From positions 96,534,001 to 96,598,000 of the forward strand of contig OZ286461.1 of NCBI GenBank assembly GCA_965644265.1: 64,000 nt of DNA. Reading direction: 5' to 3'. Under the pieces are notes generated by a model. It made no database searches and was not told the DNA's origin. It was given only the letters and a program-made list of their open reading frames with translations. Position 1 is the stretch's first letter. Each line of letters opens with the position of its first letter. Positions 63,422 to 64,000 of the stretch are shown here, in pieces. The stretch comes from Glycera tridactyla. Lineage: Eukaryota. A program made the position numbers and the translations under genes.

Positions 63422-64000
63422 ATGGTTGGAAGGTTATGAAGAAAGTGAAAGAGAATATCTGGTAAATGGTTTTGCGCAGGGTTTCGATATAGGGTTTAAA
63501 AGTATATCACCAGGGTATAGAGGGCGCAACCCAGATTCCATTAAGCAATATATCGATATTGCTAAAGATTTGATTTACGCAGACGTAGTGTTGGATAGAA
63601 TTGCAGGCCCTTTCACAGAAGTACCTTTTTGTAACTTTCACATTTCACCGATTAGCGTAGTCCCAAAGAGAGAGCAAGGAAAATATAGATTGATACACAA
63701 CCTGTCTTCACCATATAATCATTTGTCAATAAATCATCACATACCTGATAATGAAGCATCTGTAAAATACATGACTGTTGATACAGTAATTAATCATGTT
63801 TTAGAAGTAGGGAGACAAGCTTATATTTGCAAAGCGGACATTAAGTCTGCATTTAGGATAGTGCCAGTAAAACCTGAGCAATTTCACTTATTGGGGATGA
63901 GGTTGGAGAATGAATATTTTGTCAATAAATGCTTAGCTATGGGGGGTAGATCTTCTTGTAGAATATTTGAGAGGTTTTCAACAGCAATACAGTGGGTTTG
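63303..64000 (+). CDS. pol: RT/RNase H, copy 2, 5' part only
   Basis: Matches 56341 onward by eye; runs off the window before the DD motif. Confidence 0.9.

Larger units (their letters stand above)
60220..64000 (+). mobile_element. Ngaro-type YR retrotransposon, copy 2 (tandem, truncated by the window end)
   Basis: Starts with repeat A (60220-60542); offset 6962 from copy 1; only three substitutions found. Confidence 0.95.

Overview
Eukaryotic genomic DNA, probably from an invertebrate animal (the taxon cannot be fixed from the sequence). It is repeat-rich and I could not support any host gene. The main element is a young tyrosine-recombinase (YR) retrotransposon of the Ngaro type at 53258-60219 (6962 bp). 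It has split direct repeats (A1-ORFs-B1-A2-25 bp-B2) and four intact ORFs in the order SGNH hydrolase, Gag (zinc finger), RT/RNase H, YR. A near-identical second copy follows head-to-tail from 60220 and runs off the window. Two points are unusual. The SGNH ORF is first rather than after YR, and it is bracketed by a consensus splice donor (GTAAGC, 53580) and an acceptor (TTTCAG) that ends exactly at the gag ATG. This suggests unspliced RNA makes the hydrolase and spliced RNA makes Gag; further phase-compatible splice sites could supply the RT and YR frames, which lack a suitably placed AUG. The splicing model is an inference from motifs, not demonstrated. The window also holds a CR1/L2-type LINE with an uninterrupted 966-aa APE-RT ORF (21041-23941, minus strand), several decayed LINE fragments, three MITE-like elements (one hAT-like with a perfect 8-bp TSD), tandem arrays of 104, 103, 60 and 22 bp, microsatellites and six N runs.
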